NCBI GenBank assembly: GCA_963816395.1 | Contig: CAWFKQ010000008.1 | Location: 1 to 64,000 of the forward strand | DNA: 64,000 nucleotides | Source of the DNA: an uncultured delta proteobacterium | GTDB taxonomy: Bacteria; Desulfobacterota; Desulfuromonadia; Desulfuromonadales; JACZKF01 | Reading direction: 5' to 3' | In this document: piece after piece, positions 56,183-64,000 of the stretch | Numbering within the stretch: the first letter of the stretch is position 1 | Layout: each line of letters starts with the position of its first letter | The notes under the pieces: model-generated | What the model was told of the DNA's origin: nothing | The model's input: the letters and a program-made list of their open reading frames with translations, nothing else | Databases searched by the model: none | Position numbers and translations under genes: made by a program

Positions 56183-57093
56183 CTGAAAACGAACGAGAAC
56201 AGACGGAAGAATTCAGGGAAACGCAGGGGTATCCTGCAGAATACGCAACCAGCCAGGAGTACCTGGGGGACAAATCGGCAGCCGAGCTGGAGGAAGAGAT
56301 CGAGCATATCCGACAGGATATGGATCACACCATTTCGGCCATCGAAAGAAAACTGTCTCCAAACGAGATCATCGACCGCTCTCTCCAGTACTTCCAGCGC
56401 GGTCCCGGCGAATACATCGAGAACCTGGGCAATTCGATCAAGAACCAGCCGCTGCCGGCGGCCCTGGTGGGAATCGGTCTCAGCTGGCTGATGATTTCCA
56501 GCGGCAGCCGCACCTCCGAGGGTGCCGCTTCATCCCGCCGATCGGGAGAGATGCGGCAGAGAATGGATGAAGCGAAGCAGAGGCTGCGGGAAGCGCGGCT
56601 GAGATTGCGGGAAGAAAAGACCAGCAGGATGAACGAGGCCCGGCAGAAAATGCAGGAGGTCCGGGGGAAAGTGGAGGATACGGCCGGCCGGACGAAGGAG
56701 TCGCTTGGCGGCGTTTCCCAGTCGGTCAGCGACCGGATGCAGCGGATGAGCGAGAAGGCACGCCAGACCCGGCGAAGCGCTCGCGAATGGAGTCACCGGG
56801 TCGGCGAGGCCGGACACCGTTCCAGAGAGCGGGTCCAGCAGGCGAGAAGCAATTTCTCCCAGGCAGTCGAGACGCAACCGCTGCTGCTGGGGGTGCTGGG
56901 AATAGCGGCCGGAATCCTGTTCGGTGCCATGCTGCCGCGAACGCGCCGGGAAGATGCCGTCCTGGGTCCGGCCAAAGAAAGCCTGAAGGAGCAGGCAGTC
57001 GAAACGGGGCGCGAACAGGTGGAGAAAGGCCGGCAGATTGCGGCCGCGGCGGCCGAGACGGCACGCGAGGAAGCCGAGCGCCAGTTGCACTGA
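56179..57093 (+). CDS. DUF3618-domain protein
   Basis: EIEHIRQDMDHTISAIERKLSP, NQPLPAALVG, LP.T.RED. Confidence 0.82.
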   Translation: MTENEREQTEEFRETQGYPAEYATSQEYLGDKSAAELEEEIEHIRQDMDHTISAIERKLSPNEIIDRSLQYFQRGPGEYIENLGNSIKNQPLPAALVGIGLSWLMISSGSRTSEGAASSRRSGEMRQRMDEAKQRLREARLRLREEKTSRMNEARQKMQEVRGKVEDTAGRTKESLGGVSQSVSDRMQRMSEKARQTRRSAREWSHRVGEAGHRSRERVQQARSNFSQAVETQPLLLGVLGIAAGILFGAMLPRTRREDAVLGPAKESLKEQAVETGREQVEKGRQIAAAAAETAREEAERQLH

Positions 57094-57195
57094 GACCCGG
57101 GGAATTCCCCGTTTACTGGCCGGCAATGGCGTTTTGGTGATCCCCTGTTAATGTCAGAGCAGGAGCAGGGGACGCCGCCGCAAAGGAGGCCATGC

Positions 57196-58323
57196 ATGGC
57201 AACGGACGGATTGCCAGGGGACGCCGGCGTTGCCGAAGAAATCCTGGCGAGATGGGCAAAAAGGGGAATCGGCCGGCGCCAGTTCCTGAAGTTCTGCACC
57301 GGCATGGCCGCTACCCTGGGGCTACCGGTCACCTATATTCCTAAAATCGCGCAGGCTCTGGAACAGCAGCAGGACCAGCGCCTGCCGGTGATCTGGCTGG
57401 AGTTCCAGGCCTGCGCCGGCGATACCGAAACGCTGCTGCGTTCCTATCACCCACCGATCGATGAGCTGCTGCTCGGGGTGATCTCCCTGGAAAGCCACGA
57501 CACTATCATGGCGGCCGCCGGCCACCAGGCCGAAGAGGCGCGCAACCAGGCGGTCAAGAAGTATGCCGGCCGCTACCTGGTGATCGTCGACGGCGAAATC
57601 CCCCTGGCCGACGCCGGCTATTGCACCATCGGCGGCCGCTCGGCACTCGATATCGCCCGCCAGGTCTGCACCCGGGCCGCCGCCACGATCGCCGTCGGCA
57701 CCTGCGCTTCCTACGGCGGCATCCAGCATGCGGCGCCGAACCCCACCGGCGCCGCTCCCCTGAAAGAGGCGGTCCCCGAGGCGAAAAACGTCATTCGCCT
57801 GCCGGGGTGTCCCTGCAATGCGGAAAACCTCACCGCTACCATCGTCCATTACATCACCTTCGGCCGCCTCCCCGAGGTCGATGCCCAGGAGCGGCCGAAG
57901 TTCGCCTACGGCATGCGCATCCACGATCATTGCCAGCGGCGGGGACATTTCGATGCCGGCCAGTTCGCCGAAAGCTTCGACGACCCAGGGCACCGTCAGG
58001 GGTGGTGCCTCTACCGGCTGGGCTGCAAGGGGCCGGAGACCTTCCACAACTGTCCCAGCTTCGAATACAACGACGGCACCAGTTGGCCGGTCAAGGCGGG
58101 GCACGGCTGCATCGGCTGCTCGGAGCCGGTCTTCTGGGACACCATGACGCCTTTCTACCGGCGCCTGCCGCAGGTCCCCGGACTCAGCGTCGAGGCGACC
58201 GCCGATAAGGTGGGGATCGGCCTGGCGGCGGCCACTGCCGCCGCCTTTGCCGCCCACGGAGTGGCCAGCGCCTTTCGCCGCAAGGATGTGCGCCAGGAGG
58301 ATAAAACGATCAAGGAGGAGTGA
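57196..58323 (+). CDS. hyaA: Group 1 [NiFe]-hydrogenase small subunit (Tat, C-terminal TM)
   Basis: GRRQFLK, CAGD, GTCASYGG, PGCP, HDHC, CLYRLGCKGP, GHGCIGC. Confidence 0.93.
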   Translation: MATDGLPGDAGVAEEILARWAKRGIGRRQFLKFCTGMAATLGLPVTYIPKIAQALEQQQDQRLPVIWLEFQACAGDTETLLRSYHPPIDELLLGVISLESHDTIMAAAGHQAEEARNQAVKKYAGRYLVIVDGEIPLADAGYCTIGGRSALDIARQVCTRAAATIAVGTCASYGGIQHAAPNPTGAAPLKEAVPEAKNVIRLPGCPCNAENLTATIVHYITFGRLPEVDAQERPKFAYGMRIHDHCQRRGHFDAGQFAESFDDPGHRQGWCLYRLGCKGPETFHNCPSFEYNDGTSWPVKAGHGCIGCSEPVFWDTMTPFYRRLPQVPGLSVEATADKVGIGLAAATAAAFAAHGVASAFRRKDVRQEDKTIKEE

Positions 58324-58324
58324 G

Positions 58325-60034
58325 ATGGCGAAGATCGTCGTTGATCCGATCACCCGCATCGAGGGGCACCTGCGCATCGAGGCACAGGTGGCAGGGGGGA
58401 AAATCACCGACGCCTGGAGTTCCTCGACCATGTTTCGCGGCATCGAGATCATTCTCCGGGGGCGCGACCCGCGCGACGCCCATCATTTCACCCAGCGCAT
58501 CTGCGGCGTTTGCACCACCGTTCATTCCATCGCCAGCATCCGCTGCGTGGAGAGCGCCCTGCAGATCGAAATCCCCGACAATGCCCGCCTGATGCGCAAC
58601 CTGATCATGGCCGCGCAACTGATCCAGGACCACGTCATCCATTTCTATCACCTGGCGGCCCTCGACTGGGTGGATATCACCGATGCCCTCAAGGCCGATC
58701 CGGAACAGACCGCCAAACTCGCCCAGTCGATCTCCGACTGGCACAATTCGAGTGCCGCCTACTTCAGCGCGGTGAAAAACCGCCTGCAGGCCTTCGTCGA
58801 TACCGGTAGGCTAGGGATTTTCCAGAACGCCTACTGGGGGCATCCGGCCTACCAGCTGCCGCCGGAGGCGAATCTGATGGCGGTGGCCCACTATCTGGAG
58901 GCGCTCGACTGGCAGAAGCAGATGATCAAGATCCACGCCATCCTCGGCTCGAAAAATCCGCACCCGCAGACTTTCCTGGTCGGGGGGATGGCCTACCCGG
59001 TCGATCCGGCCAGTCAGAACGCTCTCAACGCCCACCGGCTGGCGCAGCTGCGCCAGCTCTTCCAGACCTCTCGGCAGTTCGTAGAAAAGGTCTACCTCCC
59101 CGATCTGCTTGCCATCGCCTCCTTCTATAAGGACTGGGGGGGGATCGGCGGCGGCGTGGGAAATTTTCTCTCCTACGGCGATTACCCCATGCAGACGGGG
59201 AGCGGGCCGGAAAACTTCTATATCCCGCAGGGAATCATTCTGCAGCGCGATCTCTCCCGGGTCCTTCCCGTCGATCAGGGAAAGATCAGCGAGTATGTCA
59301 CCCACGCCTGGTACAGCTATCCGCAAGGGGACGACCAGGGGCTGCACCCCTTCAAAGGAGAAACCCGGCCGAACTACACCGGGCCGCAGCCGCCCTTCGA
59401 ATTTCTCAATACCGATGGCAAGTATTCCTGGATCAAGGCCCCCCGCTATGACGAGCAGCCGATGGAGGTCGGGCCGCTGGCGCGGGTGCTGATCGCCTAC
59501 GCCAAGGGGCATCCCGACGCCAAAAAGCTGGTCGACTTCGCCCTGAACAAGCTGCAGGTCGGCCCGCAGGCGCTCTTCTCCACCCTCGGGCGCACCGCCG
59601 CCCGCTGCATCGAGACGGTCATGCTGGCCAGCCAGACCGCCGGCTGGCTGGATGAACTGGGCGCGAACGCCGGCCGGGGTATTCTCGCGGTCCACAACGA
59701 AAGCCGCTGGGATCCGGCGACTTGGCCCAGACAGGCGGAAGGAGCCGGTTTCCACGAAGCGCCGCGCGGGGGGCTGGGGCACTGGATCCGCATCCGCGAC
59801 GGCTTCATCGAGAATTACCAGGCGGTCGTCCCCAGCACCTGGAACGCCGGTCCGCGGGATGCGCGCGGAGCCCGGGGACCGTACGAGGCGGCCCTGCTCG
59901 GCACCCCGGTGGCCGACCCGAAGCAGCCGCTGGAGATCCTGCGCACCATCCATTCCTACGACCCCTGCCTCGCCTGCGCCGTGCATGTGCTGGACGGGCG
60001 GGGGAGGGAGGTAGGAAAGGCCAGGGTTTTGTAG
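58325..60034 (+). CDS. hyaB: Group 1 [NiFe]-hydrogenase large subunit
   Basis: DPITRIEGHL, L1 RICGVCTTVH, L2 SYDPCLACAVH plus a cleavable tail. Confidence 0.96.
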   Translation: MAKIVVDPITRIEGHLRIEAQVAGGKITDAWSSSTMFRGIEIILRGRDPRDAHHFTQRICGVCTTVHSIASIRCVESALQIEIPDNARLMRNLIMAAQLIQDHVIHFYHLAALDWVDITDALKADPEQTAKLAQSISDWHNSSAAYFSAVKNRLQAFVDTGRLGIFQNAYWGHPAYQLPPEANLMAVAHYLEALDWQKQMIKIHAILGSKNPHPQTFLVGGMAYPVDPASQNALNAHRLAQLRQLFQTSRQFVEKVYLPDLLAIASFYKDWGGIGGGVGNFLSYGDYPMQTGSGPENFYIPQGIILQRDLSRVLPVDQGKISEYVTHAWYSYPQGDDQGLHPFKGETRPNYTGPQPPFEFLNTDGKYSWIKAPRYDEQPMEVGPLARVLIAYAKGHPDAKKLVDFALNKLQVGPQALFSTLGRTAARCIETVMLASQTAGWLDELGANAGRGILAVHNESRWDPATWPRQAEGAGFHEAPRGGLGHWIRIRDGFIENYQAVVPSTWNAGPRDARGARGPYEAALLGTPVADPKQPLEILRTIHSYDPCLACAVHVLDGRGREVGKARVL

Positions 60035-60055
60035 GGGCACGGCGCGCCGTGCCCG
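60031..60055 (+). repeat. Single GTAG-family REP element
   Basis: GTAGGGGCACGGCGCGCCGTGCCCG, near-identical to the 33852 copy. Confidence 0.85.
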
Positions 60056-60094
60056 CTGCATGGGACGCGCGCCCATTCTCTACCGGAGGTCGTC

Positions 60095-60754
60095 ATGCTG
60101 GAGATAAGATATGTCTGGGAATGGCCGGTGCGGCTCACCCACTGGATCAACTTCATCTCCATCGTCGTGCTTTCCTTCACCGGCTTTTATATCGGCCATC
60201 CCTTTGTCACCGCCACCTCCACGGCGGAGTACATCATGGGGTGGAACCGCTTGCTCCATTTCTCCTTCGCTTACCTTTTCACCCTCTCTGTCTTCTCCCG
60301 CATCCTGTGGATGTTCCTCGGCAACCGCTACGCCAGCTGGCGCGGGTTTATGCCCTGGACCTCCCGCAGGGGCGGCGGAGCGCCGCGAGCGATGTTCAAG
60401 TATTACACCTTCATCAACCCGCGCATTCCCTACACCGTCGGCCACAATGCCCTGGCCGGGATCGCCTATTCGCTGGTCTACCTTCTCTTCCTGGGGCAGA
60501 TCCTTACCGGCTTCGCCCTTTACGGCCAGTACAATCCCGGCGGTTTCTGGGATATAGTGCTCGGCTGGTTCCGCCTCTGGGGCGGCAGCCAGGCCCTGCG
60601 GCTGACCCATCACCTGGTGATGTGGCTGATCATTGCTTTCATGATCCATCACGTCTACAGCGCCTGGCTGATGGACGTCAAGGAGCGCAACGGCACGATG
60701 TCCGGGATCTTCGGCGGCTATAAATTCATTGAGCCGGAGGATGTCGGCAGATGA
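60095..60754 (+). CDS. hyaC: Hydrogenase b-type cytochrome subunit
   Basis: YVWEWPVRLTHW, GHNAL, HHLVMW, HVY, GGYKF. Confidence 0.93.
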   Translation: MLEIRYVWEWPVRLTHWINFISIVVLSFTGFYIGHPFVTATSTAEYIMGWNRLLHFSFAYLFTLSVFSRILWMFLGNRYASWRGFMPWTSRRGGGAPRAMFKYYTFINPRIPYTVGHNALAGIAYSLVYLLFLGQILTGFALYGQYNPGGFWDIVLGWFRLWGGSQALRLTHHLVMWLIIAFMIHHVYSAWLMDVKERNGTMSGIFGGYKFIEPEDVGR

Positions 60755-60797
60755 TTTTGCCTGAAGATTTCCATTGTTCTGGGCAAAGGAGGACAAG

Positions 60798-61235
60798 ATG
60801 TGGAAGTGGCTGCTGCTGAGCCTGGCGGTGCTGCTGGCCGCCGCCTGCGGCAGGCAGGAGGTCAGCTATCCCCGGCGCACCCCGCCGGCGGGGTTTCTCG
60901 AGGATACCGGCAACCAGGCGGTCGGCAAGGCGATTTTTCTGCAGAAGTGCGTCTCCTGCCACGGTACCGTGGCGGAAGGGCGCATCCCCTTGGCCAACCG
61001 CCTCCATCCCGAACCGGCCGACTTCAGTGACCCCAAATACCGCCGTATGGATCCCGCTTACCTTTACTGGCGCATCGCCACCGGCAAGCAGGAGGAGCCC
61101 TACCGCTCCCGCGGTTCGGTCATGCCCGCCTGGGGGTACTACTACTCCGGGGAGAAGATCTGGCAGATGGTCGCGTACTGCGCGCCCGGCCGGTCGCCTG
61201 GGAAGCAGGGGAAGGATCAGCGCGATTCCAGGTAA
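60798..61235 (+). CDS. Monoheme cytochrome c lipoprotein (3' end possibly frameshifted)
   Basis: Lipobox LAAAC, CVSCH, PADF, MPAW distal Met. Confidence 0.85.
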   Translation: MWKWLLLSLAVLLAAACGRQEVSYPRRTPPAGFLEDTGNQAVGKAIFLQKCVSCHGTVAEGRIPLANRLHPEPADFSDPKYRRMDPAYLYWRIATGKQEEPYRSRGSVMPAWGYYYSGEKIWQMVAYCAPGRSPGKQGKDQRDSR

Positions 61236-61402
61236 GCCCAGAAGGCAGCGCCGCCGCCGACCAGTCCCGCCAGCACGACGAAAGAGGTCCAGTAGAGGAG
61301 GATCGATTGCATGGCCAGGGGCGCCACCAGGGAAAAGGCGAATACCGGGGCCAGAATGACCAGGAAAACCAGGGTGATCAGGCCCAGGATGAGCTGTTTC
61401 AT
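61217..61402 (-). CDS. Small two-TM hypothetical protein
   Basis: GGGAG RBS; 61 aa, almost entirely hydrophobic. Confidence 0.6.
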   Translation of the reverse strand: MKQLILGLITLVFLVILAPVFAFSLVAPLAMQSILLYWTSFVVLAGLVGGGAAFWAYLESR

Positions 61403-61477
61403 GACTTTCTCCCGCACGGTTTGGTTCGTAATAGATTACCCGAAACATCATGATTCGCAATCTATCGTTTCCCCGAT

Positions 61478-61514
61478 AAAAAACAAGGGGCCGCAGGATG
61501 ATCCTGCGGCCCCT
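61478..61514 (-). terminator. Intrinsic terminator after the TraF-like gene
   Basis: AGGGGCCGCAGGAT/ATCCTGCGGCCCCT stem followed by TGTTTTTT on the minus strand. Confidence 0.8.
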
Positions 61515-61542
61515 CTGCATTTGCTGGTCGCTGTCGGAAATC

Positions 61543-63098
61543 CTAGAAATCGGCGCTCAGCTGGGCGGCGACGCGCGTCTCCTGCGGGATGTTATCCCCA
61601 TTGAACTCTTCCTTGGCGCCGGCGAAGGCGCCGGCGACATCGAAACGCACCGCCCAGAGGTTGAGCCCCAGGCCGGCGGTGTAGACCCAGCCGATATCAT
61701 CCTCGGCCAGGTTCTTGTAGGTGCCGGCGCGCAGGGCGAGGAAACGGAAGGCGTCCCATTCCAGACCGAAGGAGAGATTGCGGGTGTCATAGCCGCTGAA
61801 GGCGGTTTCGTTGCTGGTCAGGTCTAACGGCTTCCAGGGTCAGGATCGGGAAGGAATGAAAGCGACCCCGGCGGCAATCTGCGGCTGAGTTTGATTTCAT
61901 CGACAGCAAGGAACACGCTCTCGCCGTTGTTCAAGGAGGATGGTATCGGTGAAGCCGTCGAATTTGGGCGAGTTGAGGTTGCGGCCGACAACCCCCAGGT
62001 TGAAATAATGGAAGCGGGCCATCACCCCCAGGTCCAGACCGAAGGTTGTCGTTTCCTGGTATTTCTCGTCCGTCTCCTTGAGGATTTCGTCGGCGCTGTC
62101 GTCGAAGACCACGATCCGGTTGCCGTATACCCGGCCGCGCATCAGCTTGAGGTTGGCGCCGATCGCCAGGTGGTCGTTGATGGCATACCCATAGGAGAGA
62201 GGCACCTCGACCAGGCCGAAGCCGCTCAGCAGCACGGTGGTGGTATTCTGAGATCCAGGCTCGTCAGAGCCGAGCCCGAAGTGCCGATGGCGGTCTCCAG
62301 CAGGTCGACGGCGCCGGCCACATCTTCCGGCCTGATCCCTTCCTGGGCGGCGATGAAGTCGAGCCGCTTGACCGCCTCGATGGCATTCGGGTCGGCTGCA
62401 CCACCCAGGGCGCTCACCAGTTGGTTGGCCTGATCGGTCGAGAATACCTGGTATTGATAACCCGCACTGGCGAAGGCAGGATCCATCTCGACCGCTACGA
62501 TTTCGTTCCCCAGTTGGGCGGCGGAAATATCGAAGCCCAGATGTTGCTCATCCAGGTCCGTCACCCGGCCGTTGGCCTGCAGGTAGCCGCGGGAGCCAAT
62601 GGCGAAATGGCCGACGCGAATCCCCAGTCCGGCCGTGGCATCGGCGGTCACCGCATTGCCCGAGTCGGCGATCCCATCCAGGCTGCTGACCAGATTGATC
62701 AGGTCCGCCAGATCGGACTGGCTGGAAACCCCCTGGCTGAGCTGGTTCGGATCGATGTCGCTCAATTCATCCAGGTAGCTGCCGAACTGGTTGTGCAGGC
62801 GGTAGCCCAGTGAAGCATTGAGGTCTACTCCCCAATTCTTCCGGCCGATGTTGTTGTTGTCGCAGATGAGGCGGCCGCCATCGGCGTTGCGGCAGCCGAA
62901 GAAGCCGAAAGCCGCCGGGTTGTAATACTGGGCGGTGGTGTCGCTGACCGAAGCGACATTGGCTCCCCCCATCCCCATCGCCCGCGGCCCGGCGAAAAAA
63001 GTGTCGAACGCCGCCGCCGGCAGAACGGAAAGGAAGAAAAACGGAACAATAAGAGCCGGGATCCTCTTCAGCCCCCTGAAAAACCGATGCTTCTGCAT
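61543..63098 (-). CDS. TraF-like outer-membrane beta-barrel protein (at least two frameshifts)
   Basis: Signal peptide, GPRAMGMGGA.VA, YYNPA, FGLDLG, RNLNSPKF, LRAG.YKN, C-terminal Phe. Confidence 0.75.
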
Positions 63099-63349
63099 AG
63101 CCACTCCTTACAAGAAAAATTTCCAACCAGGACTCGGTGTCAAAAACCGGTCACCAAATAAATTAATCCGCTGGATTAATGCAGTTTATGTGGCTGATGT
63201 GGCGGTGAAATTCGGTTGGATCTGGAGGGAAGGTGCTGCCGACCAGAGAAGCCTTTTCGCGGCAGGGCAGGCAAATAAAGTCTTTCGGCCATTTAGCCGG
63301 TAGAAAGCGTTCGCAGGTTGTCGTGGGCACAGGGGGAAGGGCGGGAAGC

Positions 63350-64000
63350 TCAGATCCCCAGCTCCACCCGTGGCACCGCCTGCGGGCTGTCGTCCATTTC
63401 CGGCGCGCAGACGGCCAGGCGATCCTGATCAATGCCGAGGCCGATCAGGGCATCCTGGACCGCCGCGCTGCGCCGGCGGGCCAGATCCAGGGCTTTTCCC
63501 AGTTCCTGCTGTTTCGCCTTCTGCACATCTGTCGACTGGTGCTGGCCGCCCGTGTCCTTCGGCGCCGGCAGCGCCTGGAGATCCGCCGGCACCGCTACCC
63601 CGCATACGGTCAGGGTCACGCTGGGCCGGTGTCCCAGACGTTTGGCCGTTTCCTGCAGGTATTTCCGGCCTTGCGGCGACAGCTGCGCCTGCCCGGGGGA
63701 GAACTCGACAGGCTTGAAGCGGAGATGGAAAATCCGGTGGAAGAGCAGCTTCCCGCCAAGGGTGGCGACCGCGCCGAGGGGGGAAAAATAGCCCAGAACA
63801 GTGCTGCGGACCCCCTTCAAAAAGGCCTTGCGGATGATTCCCGATAGGCCGATGTGGGGGTTCTGCAGGTCGCCGGTAACCGGAAAGGTGAGCTGGATGA
63901 CGCCGTGCCGATCGCGCAGCATGGAAAGGCCGGCATTCAGGGGGAAGCCGAGTTCCTGGGTTGCGGCCGATTTCTCTTCGGAGGTGAGGGGCTTGAGGTC
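63350..64000 (-). CDS. DUF748-domain protein, C-terminal part (partial)
   Basis: PLNAGLSMLRDRHGVI..PV.GD..NP, then an OmpA-like C-terminus (LARRRS.AV..L...GI...RL). Confidence 0.75.
   Translation of the reverse strand, partial: DLKPLTSEEKSAATQELGFPLNAGLSMLRDRHGVIQLTFPVTGDLQNPHIGLSGIIRKAFLKGVRSTVLGYFSPLGAVATLGGKLLFHRIFHLRFKPVEFSPGQAQLSPQGRKYLQETAKRLGHRPSVTLTVCGVAVPADLQALPAPKDTGGQHQSTDVQKAKQQELGKALDLARRRSAAVQDALIGLGIDQDRLAVCAPEMDDSPQAVPRVELGI

Noticed and set aside
61543..63098. Conjugative element suggested by the TraF label
   Set aside because: No relaxase, VirB4, coupling protein or integrase in the window

Overview
Chromosomal window from a Desulfuromonadales-like deltaproteobacterium (inferred from rRNA character and gene content). 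It opens with the 3' part of an rrn operon (16S end, tRNA-Ile, tRNA-Ala, 23S, 5S). A mostly minus-strand core block follows (ntrX/ntrY, lpxC, ubiB-like kinase, queH, GGDEF protein, ruvBAC, yebC, glpX, nfu). Next comes a visibly more GC-rich region: a selenocysteine formate dehydrogenase cluster (fdnGHI, fdhE, fdhD-mobA, mobB), a divergent sigma54 regulator/solute-binding protein/kinase trio, an OFA-type MFS transporter, kup, an RND pump, an Na+/H+ antiporter, stress-type hypotheticals, a group 1 [NiFe]-hydrogenase operon, an orphan TraF-like barrel and a partial DUF748 gene. Roughly 15 genes, including normally essential lpxC, carry single-base frameshifts. I read these as long-read indel errors, so joined coordinates are approximate. 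Best leads: (i) a ~780-aa protein that looks like a catalytically dead Type IIG restriction-methyltransferase among core genes; (ii) a Cys-rich domain read in frame into the OFA transporter, which also has its own internal start; (iii) a candidate formate-sensing sigma54 circuit; (iv) a hydrogenase small subunit with a Cys-to-Asp proximal ligand; (v) GTAG-REP elements that supply stop codons. Family assignments come from my own motif recognition; no searches were run. No CRISPR array, transposase or prophage was seen.
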